Positions 36,074 to 46,815 of a DNA stretch of 64,000 nt are shown piece after piece (position 1 is the first letter of the stretch; each line of letters opens with the position of its first letter). Both the position numbers and the translations under genes were made by a program. Origin of the DNA: an uncultured Gammaproteobacteria bacterium. GTDB lineage: Bacteria > Patescibacteriota > Microgenomatia > Levybacterales > GWA1-39-11. The stretch lies in assembly GCA_964452165.1 (NCBI GenBank), contig CAYVKP010000001.1:426375-490374 (forward strand). The letters run 5' to 3'. The notes under the pieces were generated by a model. It had not been told where the DNA came from, made no database searches, and saw nothing but the letters and a program-made list of their open reading frames with translations.

Positions 36074-37144
36074 ATGAGAATTGGGATATACGACCCTTAT
36101 CTTGACGATATGGGAGGAGGGGAAAAATATATGCTGACCATTGCACAGTGTCTGTCCCAAGACCATTCTGTAACCCTTTTTTGGAATGATAAAGAGGACC
36201 TTACGGCTGCAGCCAAACGTTTCTCAATTGATACATCAAAGATTGGATTCTCAGCGAACATTTTCAGCTCTAATGTAGGTTTTTTGAAACGGGTTTTGGA
36301 GACAATAAAATATGACGCGATGGTCATTCTAAGCGACGGAAGTATTCCATTTGTTTTATCAAAAAAAATCTTTATCCATATTCAACAACCAATTCCCGGA
36401 GCAAAATCGAGCCTAAAGACCAAGATCAAACTTTCAAGAATATCAAAGGTTTTTTGTAATTCATATTTTTCAAAGAGCTTTGTTGACAAGCAGTTAGGGG
36501 TAGATAGTGTTGTGGTTTATCCGCCGGTTAAATTATTCCCTAAGAAATTAAAAAAAGAAAATATCATTTTGCATGTTGGCAGATTCAGAGCAAGAAACAT
36601 AGGTGTGTCAGACTATAAAAAACAAGATGTCATGGTTGATGCATTTAAAAAAATGGTAAAAAAGGGATTTAAGGGTTGGAGATTCATACTGGCTGTAAGT
36701 GTAAACGCCGAAGAAGAGAGCGCTTTTGAGGAATTTAAGAAAAAAACTAAAAACATGCCGATCGAATTTTATATTAATAAATCAAATGAGGATCTTTGGG
36801 ACCTATATTCTAAAGCCAAGATTTATTGGCACGCCTCAGGTTTTGGAGAAAATCTTGAAGAGCACCCCGAGTACGCAGAGCATTTTGGGATTTCAACGGT
36901 TGAGGCCATGGGTGCGGGAGCTGTTCCCGTAGTGTTCAATGCGGGTGGACAGAAGGAGATTGTTGAGAACGGAGTCAGTGGATTGGTATGGGACAGTGTA
37001 GGAGAACTTGAAGAAAAAACGCAAATGCTCTCAAAGGAAAAATTAATTCTTGAAAAAATGGCGATTGAGGCAAAGAAAAGAGCCAAAGATTTTGAAGGAA
37101 ACAGATTTTGTGATGAGATAAAACGACTTATTGAAAATGGTTGA
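36074..37144 (+). CDS. GT4 family (GT-B fold) glycosyltransferase
   Basis: 'EHFGISTVEAMGAGAVPVVFNAGGQKEIV' is the E-x7-E motif of retaining GT4 enzymes. Confidence 0.8.
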   Translation: MRIGIYDPYLDDMGGGEKYMLTIAQCLSQDHSVTLFWNDKEDLTAAAKRFSIDTSKIGFSANIFSSNVGFLKRVLETIKYDAMVILSDGSIPFVLSKKIFIHIQQPIPGAKSSLKTKIKLSRISKVFCNSYFSKSFVDKQLGVDSVVVYPPVKLFPKKLKKENIILHVGRFRARNIGVSDYKKQDVMVDAFKKMVKKGFKGWRFILAVSVNAEEESAFEEFKKKTKNMPIEFYINKSNEDLWDLYSKAKIYWHASGFGENLEEHPEYAEHFGISTVEAMGAGAVPVVFNAGGQKEIVENGVSGLVWDSVGELEEKTQMLSKEKLILEKMAIEAKKRAKDFEGNRFCDEIKRLIENG

Positions 37145-39422
37145 CTTACTGCGAAAGAATTTATATCTGTTTCTTCTCATTTTTTCAATTCTTTTCTTCT
37201 TTCAAAAGATTTTTATATCAGGATTGCTTCCGGTTCCCACAGATACAATAGTAGGTCTTTACTATCCCTTCAGAGACATATATGCCAAGGATTATCCTAG
37301 AGGGATTCCGTATAAAAACTTTTTGATTACGGACCCCGTCAGACAAACTTATCCCTGGAGAACTCTAGTAACTGAAATGGAAAGAAAATTTACCTTGCCC
37401 TTATGGAACCCATATAATTTCGCCGGAACTCCCCTGCTTGCTAATTTTCAATCTGCTTCTTTTTATCCTTTGAATATTTTATTTTTTCTATTACCTACCT
37501 CAGCCTCCTGGACAATTTTGATTCTCAGTCAGCCGCTTCTTGCTGGGATATTTATGTTCTTGTTTCTCAATAATCTTAAGCTTAGAAAAGAGGCAAGTTT
37601 TTTGGGCGCAGTATCTTTTTCTTTTTGTGGATTTTTTATTGCGTGGCTTGAATGGGGAAACGTTGTAAGTACAAGTCTGTGGTTACCTCTAGTCTTATTC
37701 TCAATCGACAAGATTATTGAGAAAAACAAAGAGAGAAAAACAACATTGAATTTGAAAAGCATTGGTTGGCCTGCGGTTTTATTATTTTCATTGTTAAGCT
37801 CGTTTTTCGCCGGTCACTTGCAAATCTTTTTCTATATTTTAATTTTGGCTTCTTTCTACCTAGGCTTCCGTTCATTTAATAATAAGATTAACCTTATGGC
37901 CGTCATCCGCTTCTTCGCCGTTTTTATTGTTTTTGTTCTCGTAACATCAATTCAATGGATTCCTACTTTGCAACTCATATCTCTTTCCGCAAGAAACGCA
38001 GACCTTATAAGCTATAACTCTCCAGGGTGGTTCGTGCCCTGGCAACACCTGATTCAGTTTATAATACCTGATTTTTTCGGCAATCCGGCGACCCTCAACT
38101 ATTGGGGAGTTTGGAATTATGGAGAATTGATTGGATATGTGGGAATGTTCCCTCTTCTCCTTGCAGTATTGGCGATTATCTTTAGGAAGGATAAGAATGT
38201 TTTTTTCTTCGCAGGAGCTTTAATCCTCTCACTTATCCTTGCGCTGCCTACTCCCCTTGCAAAATTACCTTTTTTCTTTCATATACCGCTACTTGAAACA
38301 TCGCAGCCTACAAGGCTGATCTTTCTAGCGGATTTTTCGCTCGCAAGTCTATCTGCATTAGGTCTAGATTACTATTTAAAGAAAGGTAGGGGAGTAAATT
38401 ACATTTTAGGTATTTTTGCAGTTTTGTTCATAGGACTATGGGTGTTTGTGTTTGGCCACGGATTTAATCTAACAACCATCACAAATGTTTCTGTCACAAA
38501 ACAAAATCTTATACTACCTACGCTAATTTTCTTAAGTTTATTTGCAATTCTAATTTTAAGATCGGCAACAAGCAAATTAAAAACCCCGGCGTCTCAGGTT
38601 TTATTAGTCTTTTTGATTGGCATTTCTATATTTGATCTATTTAGGTTTGGCTGGAAATTTGAGACGTTCGCCAAGAAAGATTACCTCTTTCCCGGTTCTT
38701 CCGTTCTCACTTACTTACAAAATCAAAGAGAACCGTATCGAGTGATGGCGACGGATTCTCAAATCTTACCGCCTAATTTTTCGGCAGTGTATCATATACA
38801 AACAGCGGACGGTTATGATCCGCTTTATCTCAGGCGTTTCGGAGAACTTATGGCAGCCTACTCACGGTCAAGACCAGATATATCTGCGCCATTTGGGTTC
38901 AATAGAATCATTACGCCTCAAAGTGTCAATTCTGACATTATTAACTTGCTAGGTATTAAATATGTTCTTTCATTTACAGATCTGGATGCTGGTAAATTCA
39001 AGCAAGTATTTACGGACGGAACAGTAAAAGTCTTTGAAAACCGTAATGTCTTACCTCGGGCTTTCTTTGTTTTTTATGCACAAGTTGCTAGTAATAAACA
39101 GGACGCTATTAACGCATTGTTTGACAGTAAATACCCATTAACAGATAGAGCGATAGTGGAAGATCCAGGTGATAAAAATATTTTGTCAGGGCACTGGAGT
39201 AAAGGTACTGCGACATTCAATACCTATTCAGAGAATAAAGTAGTTGTTGATACCAAAAGTCCAGGAAAAAGCTTTCTTGTTTTGACTGATGCTTACTATC
39301 CAACTTGGCGTGCTAGAATTGACGGAAAAGATTCCAAAATTTACCTTGCGGACTATGCTTTTCGAGGAGTTATAATTCCAGCCGGAAACCATAGAATAGA
39401 ATTTTATAATACACTTTTTTAA
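37131..39422 (+). CDS. YfhO-family GT-C membrane protein (763 aa)
   Basis: 'LPLWNPYNFAGTPLLANFQSASFYPLN' and the C-terminal 'YYPTWRARIDGKDSKIYLADYAFRGVIIPAGNHRIEFY'. Confidence 0.8.
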   Translation: MKMVDLLRKNLYLFLLIFSILFFFQKIFISGLLPVPTDTIVGLYYPFRDIYAKDYPRGIPYKNFLITDPVRQTYPWRTLVTEMERKFTLPLWNPYNFAGTPLLANFQSASFYPLNILFFLLPTSASWTILILSQPLLAGIFMFLFLNNLKLRKEASFLGAVSFSFCGFFIAWLEWGNVVSTSLWLPLVLFSIDKIIEKNKERKTTLNLKSIGWPAVLLFSLLSSFFAGHLQIFFYILILASFYLGFRSFNNKINLMAVIRFFAVFIVFVLVTSIQWIPTLQLISLSARNADLISYNSPGWFVPWQHLIQFIIPDFFGNPATLNYWGVWNYGELIGYVGMFPLLLAVLAIIFRKDKNVFFFAGALILSLILALPTPLAKLPFFFHIPLLETSQPTRLIFLADFSLASLSALGLDYYLKKGRGVNYILGIFAVLFIGLWVFVFGHGFNLTTITNVSVTKQNLILPTLIFLSLFAILILRSATSKLKTPASQVLLVFLIGISIFDLFRFGWKFETFAKKDYLFPGSSVLTYLQNQREPYRVMATDSQILPPNFSAVYHIQTADGYDPLYLRRFGELMAAYSRSRPDISAPFGFNRIITPQSVNSDIINLLGIKYVLSFTDLDAGKFKQVFTDGTVKVFENRNVLPRAFFVFYAQVASNKQDAINALFDSKYPLTDRAIVEDPGDKNILSGHWSKGTATFNTYSENKVVVDTKSPGKSFLVLTDAYYPTWRARIDGKDSKIYLADYAFRGVIIPAGNHRIEFYNTLF

Positions 39423-39424
39423 TA

Positions 39425-40360
39425 ATGAAAATAGATGTTGTGATTCCAAATTATAATGGTTTCAATTTGATTGAAAAAAATTTGCCCATTTTGATCAAGT
39501 GCATTAAGAAATATGATGTTGGGAAAATAATAATAGTCGACGATTTCTCTGAGAGTGAGGATTACGATAAACTTGAGGAGCAAGTTACCGGCTTAAAAAA
39601 AGCTTCTTCCATTGATTTAGTACTTCTCAGGAATGATAAAAATATGGGTTTCTCATCAACGGTTGATAGAGGAGTTGAAGAGGCAAAAAGCGAGTTGGTT
39701 TTGTTGCTTAACTCAGACGTTTTGGTCCAAGAAAAATTCCTAGATGCGGTTTTTGAAGATTTCAAGAAAGATAAGAATCTTTTTGGTGTCGGAATGATGG
39801 ACAAGAGCATAGAGGAGGGGCGTGTAGTTTTGAGAGGTAGAGGGAAAGCTTCCTGGCAACGTGGTTTTTTAATTCACAGTCGAGCAGAAGTTAATGAAGA
39901 GAGTACGTTTTGGGTTTCGGGAGGAAGTAGTATTGTTAGGCGAGACTTATTTAATAAGCTTTCAGGCTTTGATAGCCTTTATAATCCCTTCTATTGGGAA
40001 GATATAGACTTATCCTACAGAGCGCAAAAGGCAGGTTATTCTGTAAAATTTCAACCAAAAAGTATAGTCGAGCACTATCATTTGCAAGGTGCAATTAAAA
40101 AAACATACAGTCCGCAGCAAGTTAAAAAAATTGCCTATCGTAATCAGTTTATTTTTGTTTGGAAAAATATTACGGATAACTCCCTAGTCTTCTCTCATAT
40201 TCTTTGGCTTCCTTATCATATATTCAGCGCCGTAATCCGATCAGATACCGCCCTTTTGTGGGGTTTCATTCTTGCATTTCTACGAATAGGAGCGATAATT
40301 AATAAAAGAAATTTGCAAAAAGCAATTTTCAAAAAAAAGGACACGGAGTTGCTTAAATGA
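39425..40360 (+). CDS. GT2 family glycosyltransferase (rhamnosyl/WbbL-like)
   Basis: 'IDVVIPNYNGFNLIEKNLPIL...IIIVDDFSES...LLNSDV', with a C-terminal membrane-associated tail. Confidence 0.75.
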   Translation: MKIDVVIPNYNGFNLIEKNLPILIKCIKKYDVGKIIIVDDFSESEDYDKLEEQVTGLKKASSIDLVLLRNDKNMGFSSTVDRGVEEAKSELVLLLNSDVLVQEKFLDAVFEDFKKDKNLFGVGMMDKSIEEGRVVLRGRGKASWQRGFLIHSRAEVNEESTFWVSGGSSIVRRDLFNKLSGFDSLYNPFYWEDIDLSYRAQKAGYSVKFQPKSIVEHYHLQGAIKKTYSPQQVKKIAYRNQFIFVWKNITDNSLVFSHILWLPYHIFSAVIRSDTALLWGFILAFLRIGAIINKRNLQKAIFKKKDTELLK

Positions 40361-41076
40361 AGTTATCCATAATCATTCCCGTATTTAATGAGGAAAAAAC
40401 AATCTCCAAGGTTTTAGACAGGGTGTCAGAAGTTAGAATAAAAGGTACGGAAAAAGAAATAATTGTAGTAGATGACGGGTCAAGTGATAAAACAGCTTCA
40501 AAAATTAAAACCTATTTATCAAACAAAAACAAAAAAACGTTTAAATTCATTCAACACGAAAAGAACAAAGGTAAAGGGTCGGCTGTTCGAACGGGAATTG
40601 ATGCAGCAAGCGGAGACTATCTAATAATCCAAGATGCAGATCTAGAGTATGACGTAGATGATATTCCTAGACTTTTCTCAAATATTCAAGGAAAACTTGA
40701 TGTGGTTTACGGGACTCGGCTAAATCGCCTTCCGAGGCTTGGCGATGAAGAGAGACGTTTCCAATTCTTGGCTCATTATTTTGGAAACCGATTTTTGAGT
40801 CTTGTCACTAGTGTCCTTTACGGACAATGGATAACCGATATGGAGACATGTTATAAAATTTTTCCTAGGGCATCAGTTAAAAATATGAACTTAGTTTCAC
40901 GCCGATTCGATTTTGAGCCTGAAATCACGGCAAAACTTTTAAAAAGACGGTTGAAAATTAAAGAAATACCTATCAAGACAAACCCTCGCGGTTACGAAGA
41001 AGGTAAAAAATTGAATACTGTTCGCGACGGAGTGGTTGCTTTATGGACTTTAATAAAATTCAGATTAACAAACTGA
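40357..41076 (+). CDS. GT2 polyprenol-phosphate glycosyltransferase (DPM1/CsbB-like)
   Basis: 'LSIIIPVFNEEKTISKVL...EIIVVDDGSSDKT...LIIQDADLEYD'. It overlaps the upstream gene as ATGA. Confidence 0.8.
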   Translation: MKLSIIIPVFNEEKTISKVLDRVSEVRIKGTEKEIIVVDDGSSDKTASKIKTYLSNKNKKTFKFIQHEKNKGKGSAVRTGIDAASGDYLIIQDADLEYDVDDIPRLFSNIQGKLDVVYGTRLNRLPRLGDEERRFQFLAHYFGNRFLSLVTSVLYGQWITDMETCYKIFPRASVKNMNLVSRRFDFEPEITAKLLKRRLKIKEIPIKTNPRGYEEGKKLNTVRDGVVALWTLIKFRLTN

Positions 41077-43451
41077 TCGGAAAAAAGGCGAGTCTACTTT
41101 TGCTTTTGATCTTTTCCCTTTGTATTGTTTTTATCTTCAGGAATTATTTTTTCCGTAATCAGGTTCCGTTTCCTGCAAATTTATTAATGGCTTATTATCA
41201 GCCATGGAAAACCTATGGAGTTCCCGGTTATCCATCGGGACCACCAAACAAGCCAATAGGCTTTGATAATCTACGAATTTTCTACCCTCTTAGAAGAATA
41301 TCTATGGATGAGATAAAATCCTTGACTGTCCCTCTATGGAATCCGTATGTTTTCTCAGGCAACACCCTGCTTGGGACTTATCAATCTGCGATTTTTCATC
41401 CGTTAGGTTTTTTATTTTTGATTTTGCCCCAGATAGATGCATGGTCACTAATCATAATTGTATCGCCCATATTTTGTTATTTTTTCACCTACTTATATTT
41501 GCAGGAGTTAGGTTTATCAAAGACAGCCAGCTTCTTTGGTTCTGTGGTTTTTTCTCTGTCTCTTTTTTCTATAGTTTGGTGGGAAGAATCGTTTATGTCA
41601 TATTATTCATGCCTTTTTTTGCCTCTCGCTTTGTATTCCGTGGAGAAAATATTTAAGAAAATAGAGTGGTGGAATTTCTTGTTGCTTGTTGCTGCTCTGG
41701 CTTTTTCAATACTTTCCGGTTGGTTTCAAATGAGCATGTATCTATATCTCTTTGTGTTTTTATATTCCGGTTTACAACTTTTCAAAACCAAAAAAATTGG
41801 ACCATTGGTACTTATTGCAGCCGCATTTATTTTATCAGCTCTCATTTCCTTCATTCATCTTCTTCCGTCATTTGAGGCACTAAAGTATTCCCCACGTGAT
41901 ACAACTGATGTTCGGTACCTATTTAATGAATACCTCTTAAGACTTCCGGATATTGCAAGATTTTTAGTTCCGGATCTGCATGGAAGTCCTGCCACTTATA
42001 ACTACTTTGGTAGGGGGTTCTACTATGAGAGGGTAATGTACGTTGGAATACCGGCACTGTTTTTTATTCTATACGAAATGCTTACTGTTAAAGTTTCAGC
42101 AAAAGAATGGTTTTATAAAGCTGTTTCAGTTGTTTCTCTTTCTTTAGCACTATATATTCCAACATCGTGGTTTATTCTTTATAGCTTGGGTTTGCCTCTG
42201 GTTACAAAAGTTATACCCTCAAGAATTTTGTATCTTTCAATGTTTTCTTTCGCGGTCCTAGCGGCTTATGGTTTTGAAAAATATCTATCCAAAGTCGACA
42301 TGAAAAAAACCCTTTTCTCGCTTCTATTTATTGCTCTTGCCCTCTTAAAAATTCATATGCTTGCAAAAAACTCCGGCCCGCTACTTGAGATTCCACCTCA
42401 GGATCTTTCCATCTCTTTGAGAAATATTTATCTTCAGTTTGCATTTTTAGTTGCAACAAGCGTTTTTATATTGTTGGGGAGTTTTAAAAAAATTAAAACA
42501 ATCGCCGTGGTGTGCATAATCGCCGTTGCAATTGCCGGATCCTTTTATTTTGCAAATAAGTATCTGTATTTTTCCCAAAGACAATTCGTTTTTCCCCAAA
42601 ACCAAGTTTTCTCTCAACTTAAAAATGCAGGTATAGGCATAGACAGAGTAGTAAGCGCGGGCGATGCGTATGTGGAGAGAAACATGTTTGCATATTATGG
42701 TCTACAGTCACCCGAAGGATACGACTCCATTTATATATCCCGATATGGAGAGCTAATTAACTCTATGACTAAAAATGGTAAGTACTTCTCGAGTATCCCA
42801 AGAGCCGATGCCAAAATTTTTGTAGATAATAAGAACAGGTTCAACGCTAGCATTTACTACTCGCGTATCGCTCAGATACTGGGAATAAAATATGTAGTGG
42901 AGCCAGCCAAAGACGGACTTGCCCCAACTCCAAACTTCAAAAAAGTTTGGTCTGACGATAAATTTAACATTTCTTCTTATGACAGCGCTCTTCCGAGGTA
43001 CTTTCTTGCAGGCGATTATGTAGTCGAGAAAAATCCTCAGGCGATCCTAAATAGGCTTTACGATTCTAATTTTGATATTTCTAAAAAACTAGTGCTTGAG
43101 GAAAGTCTAGGAAAGCACTTGGATAGTTTGCCTCAGGGAAAAGTTACCCTAGACAGCTATAAGCCAAACAGGGTTCTGTTTGACGTCGATACGGAGGGTA
43201 ATAAACTTTTATTCTTGTCGGATAATTATTTTGCGGGTTGGAAGGTTTATGTTGATGGAGCCGAGAATAAAATCTACAGAGCTGATTATTCCTTCAGGGC
43301 AGTATTCGTTCCGAAGGGACAACATAAGGTGTCATTTATTTATGATCCAACAAGCTTTAGGGTTGGCCTTTGGGTAACTATAGCTTCAATTGGGGCAACG
43401 ATTGCTGTGGCAATTTTGATTAAAAAAAAGAGATATGGAATTTTTGAATAA
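41043..43451 (+). CDS. YfhO-family GT-C membrane protein (802 aa)
   Basis: 'VPLWNPYVFSGNTLLGTYQSAIFHPLG' and the C-terminal 'NYFAGWKVYVDGAENKIYRADYSFRAVFVPKGQHKVSFIYDP'. Confidence 0.8.
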   Translation: MDFNKIQINKLIGKKASLLLLLIFSLCIVFIFRNYFFRNQVPFPANLLMAYYQPWKTYGVPGYPSGPPNKPIGFDNLRIFYPLRRISMDEIKSLTVPLWNPYVFSGNTLLGTYQSAIFHPLGFLFLILPQIDAWSLIIIVSPIFCYFFTYLYLQELGLSKTASFFGSVVFSLSLFSIVWWEESFMSYYSCLFLPLALYSVEKIFKKIEWWNFLLLVAALAFSILSGWFQMSMYLYLFVFLYSGLQLFKTKKIGPLVLIAAAFILSALISFIHLLPSFEALKYSPRDTTDVRYLFNEYLLRLPDIARFLVPDLHGSPATYNYFGRGFYYERVMYVGIPALFFILYEMLTVKVSAKEWFYKAVSVVSLSLALYIPTSWFILYSLGLPLVTKVIPSRILYLSMFSFAVLAAYGFEKYLSKVDMKKTLFSLLFIALALLKIHMLAKNSGPLLEIPPQDLSISLRNIYLQFAFLVATSVFILLGSFKKIKTIAVVCIIAVAIAGSFYFANKYLYFSQRQFVFPQNQVFSQLKNAGIGIDRVVSAGDAYVERNMFAYYGLQSPEGYDSIYISRYGELINSMTKNGKYFSSIPRADAKIFVDNKNRFNASIYYSRIAQILGIKYVVEPAKDGLAPTPNFKKVWSDDKFNISSYDSALPRYFLAGDYVVEKNPQAILNRLYDSNFDISKKLVLEESLGKHLDSLPQGKVTLDSYKPNRVLFDVDTEGNKLLFLSDNYFAGWKVYVDGAENKIYRADYSFRAVFVPKGQHKVSFIYDPTSFRVGLWVTIASIGATIAVAILIKKKRYGIFE

Positions 43452-45090
43452 GATTCTTAAAATCATTGAAAAGAAAACTTACCTGCAAATATGCTTCTTG
43501 CTACTCATCGGATTAGTATTTTTAGTTCCTCTTTTTAAGAACAATTTTTATTTATCTCATGATGGAGAGGCGCAGGTTGCAAGATTTGGAGCTTACGTTA
43601 AGGCATTTGAAGACAAACAGTTTCCACCAAGGTGGGCAGGTGATCTAAATTATCGTTTCGGTTCTCCGGTATTAATTTTCTATTATCCTTTGCCGGGATT
43701 TATATCAGTTCCACTGAGTCTGTCGGGCATAGATCTTGAAACTACATTCAAAATTATAATCGGTTTTTCATTCGTCTTCTCCTTCACCTCATTTTTTCTT
43801 TGGATAAAGCAATTAACCCGCGATGTTATAACGGGCATATTTGGTGCGGCTTTGTACGGACTTGCACCATACCACTTCCTAAATTTATATGTTAGAGGAG
43901 ATATTGCTGAGCTTTTAGCTTTATCTATCGCTCCTCTAGTATTTTACTTTCTGGAAAAAGTCTTCACGACTCAAAAGATTAAGTTTGTGGCATTAACGGC
44001 ATTTTTTTATTCTTTGCTAATTCTATCGCATAATTCGGTCAGTCTTGTATTTTCAATAATTTTAGCTCTATACGTATTATTCCGTTCAAAATCCAAAAAA
44101 AATCTATTTTTGAGTTTTCTTTCTTTGGGGATTGGTCTTGTGGCTTCTTCATTTTTTTGGCTACCCGCAATAGTGGAAGCAAAATATACGAACTCAGACT
44201 TATTTATAGGACAAATGTTTAAAGATAACTTTCCATCCTTGCTGTCCTTGGTTTACTCCAGGTGGGGCTTTGGTCCTGAAGTTAATAGGGTGGGCGGTCT
44301 TTCTCCCCAGATAGGAACAATACACTGGTTACTAGTTTTATGCTCAGTGCCATATCTATTTAAAAAGACCAAGAGTGCTCTTAGCCTAAAATTCTGGATC
44401 ATAACATTTGTTCTACTCGTTTTTATGACTATCTCGTTATCGTCCCCGGTTTGGAAAGTAATTCCTCTTTTGCCTAAGTTTCAATTTCCATGGAGATTTA
44501 TAGGAGTTGCGGGTTTCTGCGCCTCTGTCATCGGAGCATTGTTCTCTCAAATGCTTACTAAGCAAGTTAAGGTTATTCTCTTAATTTTGATAGTAATATA
44601 CTCATTTGGTTTTTTGGTTCTAAAGCAAATTCCTAAAAAATCCGACTTTTTTTATTTTTCATACCCTGGAACTACTTATTATCATGGTCAAGCGAGCTCC
44701 ATATGGACCGCTGGAGACTTTTACTCCTTCCCAAAAAATAAGTTAGAAATAATAGGTGGAAAAGGTAAATTTACAAACCAAAATATAAAGTCCAACAAAC
44801 ATGATATATCTCTATCGGCAAAAACGGAGTTAACAATTCTTGATAATACTGTATATTTTCCAGGTTGGAGAGCAATGGTTGATGGCGTTAGGGTCCCAGT
44901 CGAATTTCAAGATATGAATCATAGGGGTCTCATAACATTTAAAGTCCCCAAGGGAATTCATAAGGTTAATGTCATATTTGGAGAATCGGCCATAAGATTA
45001 ATGTCGGATTGCCTTAGTCTCGTAGGATTTTTTCTGATAATATTGTTACTGTCTTTTGCTAGTAAGATCGATAAAATTTTTAAAAAGTGA
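43435..45090 (+). CDS. Short YfhO-related polytopic membrane protein, family A paralog 4 (551 aa)
   Basis: 'SHDGEAQVARFGAYVKAF..KQFPPRWAGDLNYRFGSPVLIFYYP', 'LAPYHFLNLYVRGDIAE', 'FQFPWRF' and 'VYFPGWRAMVDGVRV'. Confidence 0.7.
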   Translation: MEFLNKILKIIEKKTYLQICFLLLIGLVFLVPLFKNNFYLSHDGEAQVARFGAYVKAFEDKQFPPRWAGDLNYRFGSPVLIFYYPLPGFISVPLSLSGIDLETTFKIIIGFSFVFSFTSFFLWIKQLTRDVITGIFGAALYGLAPYHFLNLYVRGDIAELLALSIAPLVFYFLEKVFTTQKIKFVALTAFFYSLLILSHNSVSLVFSIILALYVLFRSKSKKNLFLSFLSLGIGLVASSFFWLPAIVEAKYTNSDLFIGQMFKDNFPSLLSLVYSRWGFGPEVNRVGGLSPQIGTIHWLLVLCSVPYLFKKTKSALSLKFWIITFVLLVFMTISLSSPVWKVIPLLPKFQFPWRFIGVAGFCASVIGALFSQMLTKQVKVILLILIVIYSFGFLVLKQIPKKSDFFYFSYPGTTYYHGQASSIWTAGDFYSFPKNKLEIIGGKGKFTNQNIKSNKHDISLSAKTELTILDNTVYFPGWRAMVDGVRVPVEFQDMNHRGLITFKVPKGIHKVNVIFGESAIRLMSDCLSLVGFFLIILLLSFASKIDKIFKK

Positions 45091-46778
45091 AAAAAATAAA
45101 TTTCTTTTTGGTCGCTATTTTTATTTTAGGATTATTGCTTCGCTTCTACAGCTTGGGAATTGTTCCGGCAGGTTTTCATACAGATGAGGCCTACTTTGGG
45201 TTGAACGCCTTTTCAATTCTTAAGACAGGAAGAGAAATAACGGGAGACTTTCTCCCTGTTCATTTAAGGTCATTCTTGTTTAGTCCCGCAGCATACTCTT
45301 ATTTCTCAGTCCCTCCAATCCTATTTTTTGGTCTAAACGAATTTTCAACTCGGTTTGCCTCTGCTTTATTTGGCTCGTTGACCATAATAACTACATACTT
45401 ACTTGTAAAAAAGCTTTTCAAAAAAAACGAAGGATCGGAAATTGTTGCCCTTGTGAGTGCATTGTTTTTGGCTGTATCTGCTTGGCATATAAATTTGTCA
45501 CGCGTCGCTACTGAAAACGTTATAGTAGTTTTTCTAATAAGTCTTGGAGTATATTTGTATCTTCTTTGGCAGGAGAAGAATAGACCCTCACTGTTCGTTC
45601 TAAGTTTTTTGTCCTTTTTCGTCGCGCTCTTTACTTATCAAGCACCAAGAAGTTTTCTACCACTGTTTCTTCCTCTACTATTTATATTTACTTACAAACC
45701 AAATAAAGGCAAAACCATAATGCAGTCGTCTATCTACGTTTTGTTAATAATCCTTCCTCTTATCTACATTCTGCTTTCTCCCAGTCTTTCATTTAGAATA
45801 AGGACCTTATCAATCCTGCAAAATCCCGGCACACAGCTTGTTCTTGAGGAGCAATTACGTGAGGATGGGGTCATGAGAGTCCCATCGGTTGTTGCCAGAC
45901 TATTCCACAACAAAGCCATAGATTACTCAACCACATTTCTACACAATTACTTCCAGCATTTCTCCTACGATTTTCTCTTTACGGATTCTGGTCTTCCGGA
46001 AAGATATAGGGTGCCTAATATGGGGCTTCTGTATCTTCTTGATTTACCATTCATCATATCCGGCCTTTGGAGTCTATTCACAAAAAACAAAAAAATGGCT
46101 TGGTTTTTTACAGGGTGGATTCTTCTTGCGCCTGTAGGAAGCGCGATGACATTTGACGATGTCCCAAATCTTCAAAGAACATTATTGGTTTTTCCTGCGC
46201 TGTCGATAATTGCTGCTAACGGATTTCTGTTTATAACCGAACAGATAAAGAAGCATAAGGTTAAGTACGTGAGGCTAGCGTATCCCTTGATACTTATTTT
46301 TATGGTCTATAATTTTGCATTTTACTTGCATTCGTATTTTGTACATCAAGTTGTGCATAGGCCTTGGCATAGGGAAGAAGGGTATAAGGACCTAATTGGT
46401 GTTTTGAATCAACACGAAAAGTCCTACAATAGAATAGTATTTACTGATGCCACGGGTAGTCCCTCAATCTTTATCTTCTTCTATAACAAATATAATCCTT
46501 CCCTAATTCAAAAAATCATCAAAAATAATACAAAGGGAGAAAATTACGGAAGTGTTTCCTTTGGTAAATATGATATAAGTCATGACGCGTGTCCCCTGAG
46601 GCAGTCAGTAGACGTTGACCCAAATACGGGCCTGACCACAACGAAAATAATAGGACAAAAAGGGGTTCTTTATGTTGACGAAGGGGAATGTAAACTTTCC
46701 GAGGAAGGGATAAAAAATATCTCTGTAATAAATAAGGGAGATGGAACAGCCGCCTTTAGAGTACTGGCTGTCGAATAG
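45087..46778 (+). CDS. ArnT/PMT-like (GT39/GT83) GT-C membrane glycosyltransferase, tandem paralog 1
   Basis: 'GFHTDEAYFGLNAFSI' is the DE motif in loop 1. It has about 11 TM segments plus a C-terminal periplasmic domain. Confidence 0.75.
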   Translation: MKKINFFLVAIFILGLLLRFYSLGIVPAGFHTDEAYFGLNAFSILKTGREITGDFLPVHLRSFLFSPAAYSYFSVPPILFFGLNEFSTRFASALFGSLTIITTYLLVKKLFKKNEGSEIVALVSALFLAVSAWHINLSRVATENVIVVFLISLGVYLYLLWQEKNRPSLFVLSFLSFFVALFTYQAPRSFLPLFLPLLFIFTYKPNKGKTIMQSSIYVLLIILPLIYILLSPSLSFRIRTLSILQNPGTQLVLEEQLREDGVMRVPSVVARLFHNKAIDYSTTFLHNYFQHFSYDFLFTDSGLPERYRVPNMGLLYLLDLPFIISGLWSLFTKNKKMAWFFTGWILLAPVGSAMTFDDVPNLQRTLLVFPALSIIAANGFLFITEQIKKHKVKYVRLAYPLILIFMVYNFAFYLHSYFVHQVVHRPWHREEGYKDLIGVLNQHEKSYNRIVFTDATGSPSIFIFFYNKYNPSLIQKIIKNNTKGENYGSVSFGKYDISHDACPLRQSVDVDPNTGLTTTKIIGQKGVLYVDEGECKLSEEGIKNISVINKGDGTAAFRVLAVE

Positions 46779-46815
46779 ATATCTTTTTGTGATTGTGGTA
46801 ACTTAAATAAGCACA